Origin: a bacterium
Lineage (GTDB): Bacteria; 4484-113; JAFGCY01
Assembly: GCA_016932385.1 (NCBI GenBank)
Contig: JAFGCY010000087.1
Location: 1 to 27,461, forward strand
Direction of reading: 5' to 3'
DNA length: 27,461 nt
Under the pieces are notes generated by a model, which was not told where the DNA came from, made no database searches, and worked only from the letters and a program-made list of their open reading frames with translations. Every line of letters starts with the position of its first letter. Position 1 is the stretch's first letter. Below are positions 8,140 to 16,853 of the stretch, piece by piece. Made by a program: the position numbers and the translations under genes.

Positions 8140-9462
8140 CTACGCTGCCGGTTTCGCGGCCGCATTCGCCAGCACGTTTTCTTCGCCCTCGCTTCGGGCG
8201 ATCACCACCGCGCCGACGCTGTCACTGAAGATGTTCACGCTGGTCCGGCACATGTCGAGGATCCGGTCGACGGCGAGGATCAGGCCCAGCGCTTCCGCCG
8301 GCAGGCCGATCGCCGAGAGGATCACCATGATCGCCACCAGGCTGGCCTTGGGGATCGCCGCCACGCCGATGCTGGTCAACAGCGCGATCGCCACGATGAT
8401 GAATTGGGTGGCGAAGGTCAGCTCGACGCCATAGGCCTGGGCGATGAACATCGCGGCGACGCACTCAAACAGCGCCGTACCGTCCATGTTCACCGTCGCG
8501 CCCAGCGGCAGCACGAAGCTGGTGATGCGGTTGCTCACGCCGCAACGGTTCTCGACGCAGTCCATTGTCAGCGGCAGGGTCGCGGCCGAGCTGGCCGTGG
8601 AGAACGCCGTTAACAGCGCGGGCGCCATCGCGATGTAGTGCCGCACCGGCTTGACCCGCGCGATCAGCGCCAGCACCAGCGGCAGCACGACCAGGAAGTG
8701 CAAGGCCAGCGCGATCATTACGGTCAGGAAGAACTTCAACAGCGGCATGAACGCGTCGAAGCCCGTTTGGCTGACCGTGCGCGCCAGCAGCGCGAACACG
8801 CCGATCGGCGCGAACTTCATGATCAGCTCGGTGATCTTCATCATGATCTCGAAGCAGCCCTGCCAGAAGGCGCTGATCACCTCCCGGGCCTTGCCGCTCA
8901 GCGTGGTCAGGAAGAAGCCGAACAGCAGCGCGAAGAAGATCACGCCGAGCATCTGGCCGTTATTGGTGGCGGCTTCGAGTACGTTGGGCGGCACCATGCG
9001 GATGAAGATCTCGGCGATGTCCTTCATCCCCTTGCCCTCGACGGCCTGCTCGACCGCCGCCGTATCGGCGGAGAGCGCCAGCTGATCCCGGGCCGGTGCG
9101 CCGTCGATGTAGCCAGGCCCGATCAGGTTGACCAGCGCCAGGCCGATCAGGATCGCCACCAGGCTGGTCGACATGTAATAGAGCAGCGTCTTGCCGCCCA
9201 ACCGGCCGAAGTCGCGCCCGCCGCCCGTGCTCAGAATGCCGGTGATGATCGAGCTGACGATCAGCGGCACGATCAGCATTTTCAAGGCATTCAAGAACAG
9301 CGTGCCGAGGAAATCGTACACCTCGTAGAAGCCCTGGTGCGTCGCCGCGTTGACGATGCTGAATTTAACGTCGGCGTTGCCGGTCAGCAGGCCGGCGATC
9401 ACGGCCAGGCCCAGGGCGATCAGGATCTGCCAGTGCAGTTTCAGCTTCACAGGTGCCTCCAT
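8140..9462 (-). CDS. Dicarboxylate/amino acid:cation (Na+/H+) symporter, DAACS family (GltP/DctA-like).
   Basis: 440 aa polytopic membrane protein. Its N-terminus WQILIALGLAVIAGLL and its overall length and hydrophobicity pattern are characteristic of sodium:dicarboxylate symporters. It is convergent with the AAE transporter, with a 25-nt gap. Confidence 0.8.
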   Translation of the reverse strand: MEAPVKLKLHWQILIALGLAVIAGLLTGNADVKFSIVNAATHQGFYEVYDFLGTLFLNALKMLIVPLIVSSIITGILSTGGGRDFGRLGGKTLLYYMSTSLVAILIGLALVNLIGPGYIDGAPARDQLALSADTAAVEQAVEGKGMKDIAEIFIRMVPPNVLEAATNNGQMLGVIFFALLFGFFLTTLSGKAREVISAFWQGCFEIMMKITELIMKFAPIGVFALLARTVSQTGFDAFMPLLKFFLTVMIALALHFLVVLPLVLALIARVKPVRHYIAMAPALLTAFSTASSAATLPLTMDCVENRCGVSNRITSFVLPLGATVNMDGTALFECVAAMFIAQAYGVELTFATQFIIVAIALLTSIGVAAIPKASLVAIMVILSAIGLPAEALGLILAVDRILDMCRTSVNIFSDSVGAVVIARSEGEENVLANAAAKPAA

Positions 9463-9554
9463 CGGGCGGGCGCGGGCGCCCGGCGCTTTGGCCCTATTCT
9501 AGCCGGTGGTTATCAGCCAGCCCATCAACGATGCGCCTTGCTGGTCATGAGTCG

Positions 9555-10580
9555 TCAGCTGATTACCATCGCCCCACCCGCCGGGCGGCAGGGGATCACC
9601 TGGCGGATACCCGCGCCGGCTTCGGCCAATGCCTTGAGCTTACCGGCCACCTTGTTCAGGTCACGTTGATCGCAGAGTAGCGCCACGTGCGCGCCGGCGT
9701 CGATCGTCGCCCAGGCATTAAGCCCCTTCCTGCGCCATTCGCGCAGAGCATGGAGCACCGCCAGCGTCGCCGGACTCCAATAGATCAGCGCCGGCTGGGT
9801 GGTCAGCATGCAGGCGTGCATCGCCAGCATGTTCTCCTCCATCAGCTCACCGGTCTTGGCCAGGTCCCACGACTTCAGCGCGCCGGCCAACTCGCGGTAG
9901 TGGTAGCGGTCGGTCAAGACCCAGGCGCGATAGAACGGCGAGGTCCGGCGGCTGAGTTCCATCCCCTCGCGCGAGGAGATTTCCTTGGCCGGCGCCTCGA
10001 CGACGGCGACCACCATTCCCCAGGGCACCTCGCCGGCGGGTGCGAGCAGTTGGGCCGCCGGATCCCGACCGGCACCGAGTGCGCTCAGGCCACCGGTGAT
10101 GCTGCGCGCGGCGCTGCCGCTGCCCATCCGCGCCAGCCGGCTCAGGGCGCCTGTCGGCAACTCGGCCACGGCATGTCCGGCCAGCGCCACCGTCAAGGCG
10201 GCATAGGCCGAGGCACTGCTGGCCAACCCGGCCGCCGTCGGGAAATCATTATGTGATTCGATGCGGAAATGCCCGCTGACCAATGTGTACGTGCGCCAGC
10301 GGTCTACGAACTCCAGCACGCGCCGCCGGGCCGCTCCCGCGGCGGGCTGGCCGTCAAGCAACACCACATCCTGCTGGCGGTTGATCGCCGTCACGCTCGT
10401 CGTCGTGGCCAGCCCGTCCAGCGCCAGGCTGAGCGAGGGCGTCGCCGGCGCGTTATCCGGCCCCAGCTTGCCCCAGTATTTGCACAGCGCGATGTTGGCC
10501 CAGGCCCGGGCCGTAACTTGTTTTCCGTGGTTGGCTTGCTTGCCCGCCATCATCCACTCACGCCGGTGCGCCGATTTCAA
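9555..10580 (-). CDS. mvaD: Mevalonate diphosphate (or 5-phosphate) decarboxylase, GHMP kinase superfamily.
   Basis: ANIALCKYWGK is the MVD signature motif, and PSLSLALDG and the GLASSASAYAALTVAL GHMP motif are also present. It is the last gene of the mevalonate operon. The first ATG (10580) overlaps the upstream stop by 23 nt; alternative Met codons lie at 10553/10550. Confidence 0.8.
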   Translation of the reverse strand: MKSAHRREWMMAGKQANHGKQVTARAWANIALCKYWGKLGPDNAPATPSLSLALDGLATTTSVTAINRQQDVVLLDGQPAAGAARRRVLEFVDRWRTYTLVSGHFRIESHNDFPTAAGLASSASAYAALTVALAGHAVAELPTGALSRLARMGSGSAARSITGGLSALGAGRDPAAQLLAPAGEVPWGMVVAVVEAPAKEISSREGMELSRRTSPFYRAWVLTDRYHYRELAGALKSWDLAKTGELMEENMLAMHACMLTTQPALIYWSPATLAVLHALREWRRKGLNAWATIDAGAHVALLCDQRDLNKVAGKLKALAEAGAGIRQVIPCRPAGGAMVIS

Positions 10581-12852
10581 ACGGGAACAGCGCCGGGAAC
10601 TCGCCCGAGAGCGCTTCGACCAGTTTGTGGCGCTCCTCGGCCTTGACCAGCGCCACTACCGCGCCGCCGCCACCCGCGCCGGACAGCTTGGCGCCCAGCG
10701 CGCCGTGCTCCCTGAGCAGCTCGACGGCGTTGTCCAGCCCGTCGGTGGAAACGCCGAGCCGCGCCAGCAGGTCGTGGTTCTGGTACATTAACTCGCCGAC
10801 GGTGGCGAGATCGCCGCAACCCAAAGCGGCTCCCGCCTGGACCGTCACCGCGCCGATCTCGTCCAGCAGTTCCTTCGTCCGCTGCTCGTTGAGTTCAAAG
10901 CTCTGGCGCACCTGGCGCACCAGTTCGATCGTGCGCGCGCCCGGCTCGACGACCACCACCAGTCCGGCCGCCGGCTGCGGCATGCGGATCGGCAGGATCT
11001 CGCGCGGCGGACCGGCGCGGAACCAGAGCACTCCGCCGCTGAGTACCGTCGCGGCGTCGATGCCGCTGGGTGTCCCGTGGAAGATGCGCTCGAGCACCTG
11101 CACGTCCTCGAACAGCGCCGGATCCCAGGCGCGTTCGGCGGGCAGGCCGCGGTACTTGCGCAACGCCAGGCAAAGCGCGGCGGAGATCGCCGCCGAGCTG
11201 CCCAGCCCCAGGCCGGGTACGATCTCGCTGTCGACCTCGATCGCCAGCGGCTCGCGGCTCAGCCCGTAGAGCTCCAGCGCCGCGTCGACCGCATGCCCGA
11301 AACGCTTGAAATCCAGGTCGTCGTCTTCCTCGTCGAAGACGCTTTTAAAGCGCGGCAGCACGAAGCGCGGGCCGTCCGGATCGGGGCTGACCTTCACGGT
11401 CAGGCCCAGATCGATACTCGAGGTGATGCCCGGCTGGCCGTAGACGACGGCGTGTTCGCCGAACAGCACCACCTTGCCCGGGACGCGTGCCGTCACGGGC
11501 TCCTCGGCTCCGGCCGGTAGTTCGCTCCGGCGGTGCCGGAGCTGGGCGAAGATCTCCTCCGCGGCGCTGGTCTTGACCTCGCCGCGCTTGAGCATCTCCT
11601 CGGCGACGTACTCCACGTCGCGCGAGGGCACGCCGACGGAGAGCGCGACGCTTCTGGCATGTAGGGCCATGTGCCCGCGCTGGATGCCGACCGTCGACAG
11701 CGCCAGGCAGGCCCCGTAGTTCTGGGCCAGCCCGACCGCCGCCAGCAGTCCGGCCAGCTCCTGGGCGTTCTCCACCCCGCTGACCTTGCGCAGCAGGCGG
11801 ACGCCCGGATGGCTGTTGACCGCGCCGCCGCACCAGCCGGCCTGCATCGGCAGCTCGATTTCGCCGACCAGGCAGCCGTCCTCGAAGCGGAAAGCCGTCA
11901 ACGAACGGTACTGGCCGTCGCGCGCCGCGTAGGCGTGGCCGCCGGCCTCAATCGCCCGCCAGTCCTGGCCCAGGGCGACCGCCGCCGCCCCGATGCCGTT
12001 CATGATTCCTTTGTTATGCGTCGTCGCGCGATAGGGATCGGCCCAGGCGAACCGCGCCGCCTCGACCATCCGCTGCGCGACTTGCTCGCCGCTGAGTCCG
12101 GCCGTGGCGAGTTGCTCCACCGCCAGCCTGAACCGCGCGCGCGCCAGCCGCTTATCCGCCAGGTTGCTCAAGATCCGCAGGTTGACGCGGCCGCCGGTCA
12201 GCTCCGCGATCAGCGGGCCCGCCGCTTCGCAGCTGGAATTGACCGCATTGGCGCCCATCGCCTCGCGCACGTCCATCAGCAGGTGGACAATCAGCATCGC
12301 CCCGACGCCCGCCCCGCCCTCGATGATCCGCGTCTCGACGTCGAATACGCCGCCGCCGCGGCTGACCATCCGCTGGTTGGGCAGGTTGGCCTGGTCGATG
12401 ATCCGCTGCTTATGTACCGCGATCCGCTCGGCGGCCTTGGCCGGATCCGCCAGTTCGAGCACCTGCACCTGGCCGATCATCACCGGCGGGTCGACTTCGG
12501 TGGTGAAGCCGCCGCCTTCGCGGATCGCCAGCGCGCTCTTCGACACCGCCGCGATGATGCTGGCCTCCTCGATCGCCATCGGCACGATGTACTCGCGGTC
12601 ATTGACCAGGAAGTTCAGCCCCAGCCCCAGCGGCAGGCCGAAGATGCCGACGGCGTTCTCGACCATGTTCACGGCGTGGTCGATGCGCAGGGCGCTGCCT
12701 TGGCGCAGCTGGGCCAGTTCGTCGTTGGTCAGGTTGAAGGCGCGCTGGAGATAGGCCAGCCGCCGCTCCACCGGCAGGCGGTAGAAGCGCGGGATGCGCG
12801 AGGAACGGTTGTTAACCTCGTTGCCCGCCTGCGTGTCCTGCTTTTTCGTCAT
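10558..12852 (-). CDS. Bifunctional fusion protein: N-terminal class II HMG-CoA reductase fused to a C-terminal mevalonate kinase.
   Basis: The N-terminal ~440 aa carry class II HMGR motifs (ENAVGIFGLPLG, EAMGANAVN, HNKGIMNGI, GIQRGHMALHAR). The C-terminal ~320 aa carry mevalonate kinase/GHMP motifs (PGKVVLFGEHAVVYG, PGLGLGSSAA, KLSGAGGGG). It is a single uninterrupted 764-codon ORF. Confidence 0.8.
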   Translation of the reverse strand: MTKKQDTQAGNEVNNRSSRIPRFYRLPVERRLAYLQRAFNLTNDELAQLRQGSALRIDHAVNMVENAVGIFGLPLGLGLNFLVNDREYIVPMAIEEASIIAAVSKSALAIREGGGFTTEVDPPVMIGQVQVLELADPAKAAERIAVHKQRIIDQANLPNQRMVSRGGGVFDVETRIIEGGAGVGAMLIVHLLMDVREAMGANAVNSSCEAAGPLIAELTGGRVNLRILSNLADKRLARARFRLAVEQLATAGLSGEQVAQRMVEAARFAWADPYRATTHNKGIMNGIGAAAVALGQDWRAIEAGGHAYAARDGQYRSLTAFRFEDGCLVGEIELPMQAGWCGGAVNSHPGVRLLRKVSGVENAQELAGLLAAVGLAQNYGACLALSTVGIQRGHMALHARSVALSVGVPSRDVEYVAEEMLKRGEVKTSAAEEIFAQLRHRRSELPAGAEEPVTARVPGKVVLFGEHAVVYGQPGITSSIDLGLTVKVSPDPDGPRFVLPRFKSVFDEEDDDLDFKRFGHAVDAALELYGLSREPLAIEVDSEIVPGLGLGSSAAISAALCLALRKYRGLPAERAWDPALFEDVQVLERIFHGTPSGIDAATVLSGGVLWFRAGPPREILPIRMPQPAAGLVVVVEPGARTIELVRQVRQSFELNEQRTKELLDEIGAVTVQAGAALGCGDLATVGELMYQNHDLLARLGVSTDGLDNAVELLREHGALGAKLSGAGGGGAVVALVKAEERHKLVEALSGEFPALFPFEIGAPA

Positions 12853-12858
12853 AGAGGA

Positions 12859-13938
12859 TTAGTCCTTGGATGTAGCTAGTTGATCGAGTTGTGCCAGCCA
12901 ATGCCGCAGTTCGCCGGTGTAGACCCGGGCCGTCTGGCGCAGGGCTACCAGGTCACGGCAGCCGGTCAGCAGCATCGCCGTTTTTAGCTCATGGATCAGC
13001 GTTTGGATTTCCTCATCCAATTCTTTGCCGCCCCACCAACTGCGCGACGCCAACAGCCGGGCGCAACCGGCCAGGTCTGCGCCGCAGGCGATCGCCCGCG
13101 CGATATCGAGCCCGGTTATTATCCCTCCGGCGGCAATGATGTACGTTTCGGGACCACAAGCCCGTCGAGCACCGACCACGCACGGCGCCGTCGGCATTCC
13201 CCATTCGCCGAACGTCCAGGCAATCGCCTTGCTGAGCAGCTTGCCCTTGCGGTGACGCTCCACCTTCGGCCAGGATGTCCCGCCAACTCCAGCCACATCG
13301 ATATAGCGCACGCCGACGTCGCTCAGCCGCCGGGCTACAAGCGGGGCGATACCGCAGCCGGTCTCCTTGACCAGCACGCGCCCGTCCAGATGCTTGACCA
13401 ACGCGGCAATGGCCTTGAGCTGCCCGTTGAAATCGCGGTCACCGGCGGCCTGGGCCAGTTCGTGCGCGGGATTCAGATGTACGCACATCCCGTCGGCCTC
13501 GATCATTTCGACGAGTTCGCTAATTCGTTTAGCCGGATACTGCGTCAGCTGTTGCGCCCCGATATTGCCCAACAGCACTCCGTCACCGAGTTCCTTGCGC
13601 ACTGCGAAATCCGGCAGGCAGTCCGGATGTTCGAGCAGTACGCGTTGGCTGCCCACGGAGAAGGCAATCCCCAGCTGGCCCGCGGCTTCCGCCAGTTCGT
13701 GGTTCATAGCGCCGGAGCGATCACCACCGCCCGTCATCGAGGTGATCATCAAGGGCGCCTTGAGCGGCTTGTCGAAAAACTCGCAACTGGTGTCGATTTC
13801 GTCAAGCGCCAATTCCGGCAACGCGTTGGGGATTAGCTGCACGCCATCAAGCAAGGTGCCGCGCTCATAGGCGACCTCCTTCTCCATGATGATCATCAGG
13901 TGATCTTTCTTGCGCTGCTGAATCGGGTCTTCGGTCAT
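12859..13938 (-). CDS. fni: Isopentenyl-diphosphate delta-isomerase, type 2 (FMN-dependent IDI-2).
   Basis: PLMITSMTGG, VKETGCGI, the GVGGTSW TIM-barrel motifs, and a length of about 360 aa. It is the first gene of the operon, 6 nt upstream of the HMGR-MK fusion. Confidence 0.85.
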   Translation of the reverse strand: MTEDPIQQRKKDHLMIIMEKEVAYERGTLLDGVQLIPNALPELALDEIDTSCEFFDKPLKAPLMITSMTGGGDRSGAMNHELAEAAGQLGIAFSVGSQRVLLEHPDCLPDFAVRKELGDGVLLGNIGAQQLTQYPAKRISELVEMIEADGMCVHLNPAHELAQAAGDRDFNGQLKAIAALVKHLDGRVLVKETGCGIAPLVARRLSDVGVRYIDVAGVGGTSWPKVERHRKGKLLSKAIAWTFGEWGMPTAPCVVGARRACGPETYIIAAGGIITGLDIARAIACGADLAGCARLLASRSWWGGKELDEEIQTLIHELKTAMLLTGCRDLVALRQTARVYTGELRHWLAQLDQLATSKD

Positions 13939-14279
13939 CGTGAATGATCCATCCTAGTACACGGCCCTCGCCGTCAAACAATCATCTCATATCCCGTTCG
14001 CCAACAATTATATATCGAGCATCAGTGCACAATATGTTATATACAGCGCGGAACCTTCGATCCCCGTTACCGGCAATCCAACCGGTACAGCTTGTTGCGG
14101 GCAAGTCACCGGTCCAACTCGAATCCTCCATCGGATGGCAATAGCTGGCAACCCCCCAGTACGGTTAGCGTATCGAAAAACCCAGTGCTTCACCTCTCAA
14201 TGACCTGCACCGATGGCTGTTCCGCACAACTTCATGGACCTCGTTTCGCCCGAATTTCGGCTTATCCCGTCCCCTCCCC

Positions 14280-14308
14280 TTGACACGTAGAAATTGTTGC
14301 GTTACAGT
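14280..14308 (+). promoter_or_regulatory. Sigma-70-like promoter upstream of the DUF4177 genes.
   Basis: TTGACA (14280-14285), a 17-nt spacer, then TACAGT (14303-14308). It lies about 50 nt upstream of the first start codon, inside a 420-bp AT-rich divergent intergenic region. Confidence 0.4.
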
Positions 14309-14360
14309 GTACTAGCGAACTAGATCACTAGAGCGCTCAAACAATCAAACATCTAGGGAG

Positions 14361-14561
14361 ATGGAGCAGGAAATGAGTGGCGAGGAGAATCGGGAAACCA
14401 AGCGGAGACGGCGCTGGGAGTACGTTCGTACGCAGGTGGACTGCAACAACATCAAGACCAGCGATGCCACCGTCGAGCAACTGGGACGCGAGGGCTGGGA
14501 GCTTGTCAGCACCGTCCATACCCAGGGATATGTGCATTTCTGGTTCAAGCGGGAGGCATAA
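14361..14561 (+). CDS. DUF4177-family small protein.
   Basis: 66 aa: ...RWEYVRTQV...LGREGWELVSTVHTQGYVHFWFKREA matches the DUF4177 pattern (W/EYK ... GWELV ... F-K/ER-E). The start could alternatively be the ATG at 14373. Confidence 0.6.
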   Translation: MEQEMSGEENRETKRRRRWEYVRTQVDCNNIKTSDATVEQLGREGWELVSTVHTQGYVHFWFKREA

Positions 14562-14562
14562 G

Positions 14563-14829
14563 ATGCTTCGGCCGCAGGCCAAACAGCTGGATCGACCTGG
14601 CAATCCGGCCAGCCGCTGGGTCAGCAAATCACCCTCTATTTACCTTGAGTACAAACTGCTCAGCACGGAGGATTTGGCCATCGGCGAGTTGAACCGCATG
14701 CTGGCCGACCTCGCTACCCAGGGCTGGGAAGTCGACCGCCTGCTGGGCGCCGGCGACGCGCCGGATTCGGCGGACATCGGCGACCTGGATGATTTGGGAG
14801 TTTTATTGCGTAGAGAAAGGAGGATGTAA
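14563..14829 (+). CDS. Second DUF4177-like small protein with an acidic C-terminal tail.
   Basis: The ATG at 14563 is preceded by GGGAGG with a 6-nt spacing. The translation ...IYLEYKLLSTEDLAIGELNRMLADLATQGWEVDRLL... repeats the EYK...GWEV pattern. The stop overlaps the next start (TAATG). Confidence 0.55.
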   Translation: MLRPQAKQLDRPGNPASRWVSKSPSIYLEYKLLSTEDLAIGELNRMLADLATQGWEVDRLLGAGDAPDSADIGDLDDLGVLLRRERRM

Positions 14830-15128
14830 TGCAAACGAGCGTACTTAAACTGGACCTGGACAGTCCGGTGCCATTCGACGAGCAGATCAAGAAACAGATC
14901 ACGCGGCTGGTGCAGAGCAAGACCGTCCGGTCGGGCCGGCGCCTGCCGACCGTGCGCGAGTTGTCGGTGGAGATGGAGATCAACTCCAACGAGCTGACCC
15001 GTATCTGCCGCCGGCTGGAGGAGGACGGATTTCTATTGAAGAAGCGGGGCACGGGCACTTACGCGGTCTTCCTGAAGGAAGGCGCGGGCAGCCGCAGCCA
15101 GCAGGAAGAGGTATACAGCGTGCAGTAG
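14829..15128 (+). CDS. GntR family transcriptional regulator, short YtrA-like type (99 aa).
   Basis: Winged-HTH signature ...LPTVRELSVEMEINSNELTRICRRLEEDGFLLKKRGTGTYAV.... RBS GAAAGGAGGA upstream. Confidence 0.75.
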   Translation: MQTSVLKLDLDSPVPFDEQIKKQITRLVQSKTVRSGRRLPTVRELSVEMEINSNELTRICRRLEEDGFLLKKRGTGTYAVFLKEGAGSRSQQEEVYSVQ

Positions 15129-15156
15129 CGGCTGGCTGCCGCAAGGGAGATATGTC

Positions 15157-15699
15157 ATGACATTCATACCGATTGTGCCCTTTGTCCAGAGGTCCGACCA
15201 GGACATCAGCAGGATGAAACCTGGCTGGCTCAAACTCGAAGCGGATGAGATCTTCGTCCGCGCCTATGGCGGCGGGCCGAAAAAGCACGTCTTGTCCAAG
15301 GTCCTGACCCTGTTGGGCACGGTCATCCTGGGCCTGGCCATTTTTTTCGCGACGATGTACCGTGGATCGCTCATGGCCAACGGACTGGGGCCTGGGGCCA
15401 TCCAGTGGATAATCTTCGGGGTACTGGTCATGAACGTGATCGTGGTTGTGATACTGGCCGCCACCAAAGCGCGCCAGGCGGCCTATCTGACGACAAAGAT
15501 GCTGATCGTCCACGGCCCCAAGGGCTATTTCGGCATCAACCTGGCGGAAATCACAACATTGCGCCCGTTGGAGGGCCGACTGGCCGTGTTCACGCGCGGC
15601 AAACACGAACCTGTCGCAGCGCTCACGGTCAGCGACTTGGCGCAGGCTACAGCCGAACTGGCGGCCTATTGCCAAAGCGCGGGAGCGAAATTGCAGTAG
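15157..15699 (+). CDS. Membrane protein with two TM helices and a C-terminal bacterial PH (bPH/YdbS-like, DUF304-type) domain.
   Basis: RBS GGGAGA 6 nt upstream. A hydrophobic hairpin (VLTLLGTVILGLAIFFA ... IIFGVLVMNVIVVVILAA) is followed by TTKMLIVHGPKGYFGINLAEITTLRP. This is paralogous to the next gene. Confidence 0.6.
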   Translation: MTFIPIVPFVQRSDQDISRMKPGWLKLEADEIFVRAYGGGPKKHVLSKVLTLLGTVILGLAIFFATMYRGSLMANGLGPGAIQWIIFGVLVMNVIVVVILAATKARQAAYLTTKMLIVHGPKGYFGINLAEITTLRPLEGRLAVFTRGKHEPVAALTVSDLAQATAELAAYCQSAGAKLQ

Positions 15700-15706
15700 G
15701 CGAGAA

Positions 15707-16234
15707 ATGGTCACAGCCATGAACACCATCACACAACAGCCAGAACTAACAGCCAAGGAGCTGGATCTGCTCAAGCTGGAACCGGACGAGCACGTCATCA
15801 CCTGGTACCAGTCCAAGTACGGCGTGCTGATTCTGCTCTACTTCGCGATGGGCGTAATTCTGGCGAGTTGCCTGATTATTGGAGTGGCCGTCCTGATCAC
15901 CGGGGACAAGGAGCCGGTCACGGCGCTGACCGGACTGCTGGGAACCCTGGGCGGCATGGTGGGCTCGTTCGCTCAGTTGAACAACTCCCGGGTGTACGTA
16001 ACCAACAAGATGCTGATCTTCCGCGAGGGCAACAAGCTTTCGGGCGTCCAACTGGCGGATGTCACCGCCATCCGGCGCGGCCAGGGCCTGCACACATGGT
16101 CGCTGGCAATCCAGACCAGGCATTCGACCAAATCGGCCGGCAAGCTCTCGGTCCGCCACCCGGACAAAGTGGCGCGGGAACTGGCCGGCATCATCGAAGC
16201 ACAGACACAGCACGACTCAGAGGGCACAAACTAG
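15707..16234 (+). CDS. Paralogous bPH-domain membrane protein.
   Basis: Same architecture as the previous gene: VLILLYFAMGVILASCLIIGVAVLI then TNKMLIFREGNKLSGVQLADVTAIRRGQ. The two are clearly related. Confidence 0.6.
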   Translation: MVTAMNTITQQPELTAKELDLLKLEPDEHVITWYQSKYGVLILLYFAMGVILASCLIIGVAVLITGDKEPVTALTGLLGTLGGMVGSFAQLNNSRVYVTNKMLIFREGNKLSGVQLADVTAIRRGQGLHTWSLAIQTRHSTKSAGKLSVRHPDKVARELAGIIEAQTQHDSEGTN

Positions 16235-16245
16235 AGGAAGCACAG

Positions 16246-16623
16246 ATGGCAGAACTCGAGCTAAAAATCGATCCGAACAGCGAAGTGCCGATCTACGTGC
16301 AGGTCAAGAACCAGCTGCGCCTGGCGGTGGAAAAGGGCGTACTAAAAAGCGGTACGCAGCTGCCGACGGTGCGCAACCTGGCGCTGGAGCTGGGGATCAA
16401 CGCCAACACCGTCACGCGGATCTACGCCGACCTGGAGCGCGAGGGCTATCTGGCCCGCCGGCACGGGATCGGCACGTTTGCCGCGGATCCCCGCGGGAAC
16501 GAGGACCGCGAGGTCCCCGGCCGCGCGCAGTTGATCGAGACGGTGCGCCAGCTTAAATCACTGGGCTACACCGACCGGCAGATCATCGAGATGACCGCCG
16601 AAGCGCTGGGGGAGGTGGAGTAA
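16246..16623 (+). CDS. GntR family transcriptional regulator, short YtrA-like type (125 aa).
   Basis: The ATG at 16246 is preceded by GAGGAAG. The HTH is ...LPTVRNLALELGINANTVTRIYADLEREGYLARRHGIGTFAA.... Confidence 0.75.
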   Translation: MAELELKIDPNSEVPIYVQVKNQLRLAVEKGVLKSGTQLPTVRNLALELGINANTVTRIYADLEREGYLARRHGIGTFAADPRGNEDREVPGRAQLIETVRQLKSLGYTDRQIIEMTAEALGEVE

Positions 16624-16625
16624 CC

Positions 16626-16853
16626 ATGGCGACCCGTAATTCGCAAATCACCATTATGGGCATCGTCACGCTGGTCTTGGTCACTGCGTGCCTGGCGTTC
16701 CTGCTCAGCCAATGCGGCATGGTCCGGGCGATCAACCAAAGTTTCTGCAGTGAACCATGCCACGAAGCCGTAACCACCGAACTGCGCGGTTCGGCCTCCG
16801 GCGCCGGCCGTCCATCGAATAATACGCACCAGGGGGTGTCAGTAACGCAATGA
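16626..16853 (+). CDS. Small hypothetical membrane protein (75 aa) with four Cys residues.
   Basis: The ATG lies 2 nt after the GntR stop. There is one TM helix (IMGIVTLVLVTACLAFLL), and the stop overlaps the next ATG (ATGA). It is supported only by this translational-coupling geometry. Confidence 0.35.
   Translation: MATRNSQITIMGIVTLVLVTACLAFLLSQCGMVRAINQSFCSEPCHEAVTTELRGSASGAGRPSNNTHQGVSVTQ

Noticed and set aside
9463-9554. GC-rich palindrome cgggcgcccg as a terminator or regulatory site between the symporter and the decarboxylase.
   Set aside because: No adjacent U-tract on either strand. Short GC palindromes are frequent in this composition, so it is not called.
8638-9669. Long plus-strand ORF (343 aa), together with similar long ORFs 11671..12879 (+), 18477..19814 (-), 23991..25241 (+), 25546..26619 (+), and many Arg/Ala/Pro/Gly-rich 60-200 aa ORFs.
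   Set aside because: All are antisense to, or frame-shifted against, genes with clear family signatures. Their translations are low-complexity Arg/Pro/Gly/Ala runs, typical of spurious open frames in 65-70% GC DNA. None has an RBS or a plausible start context.
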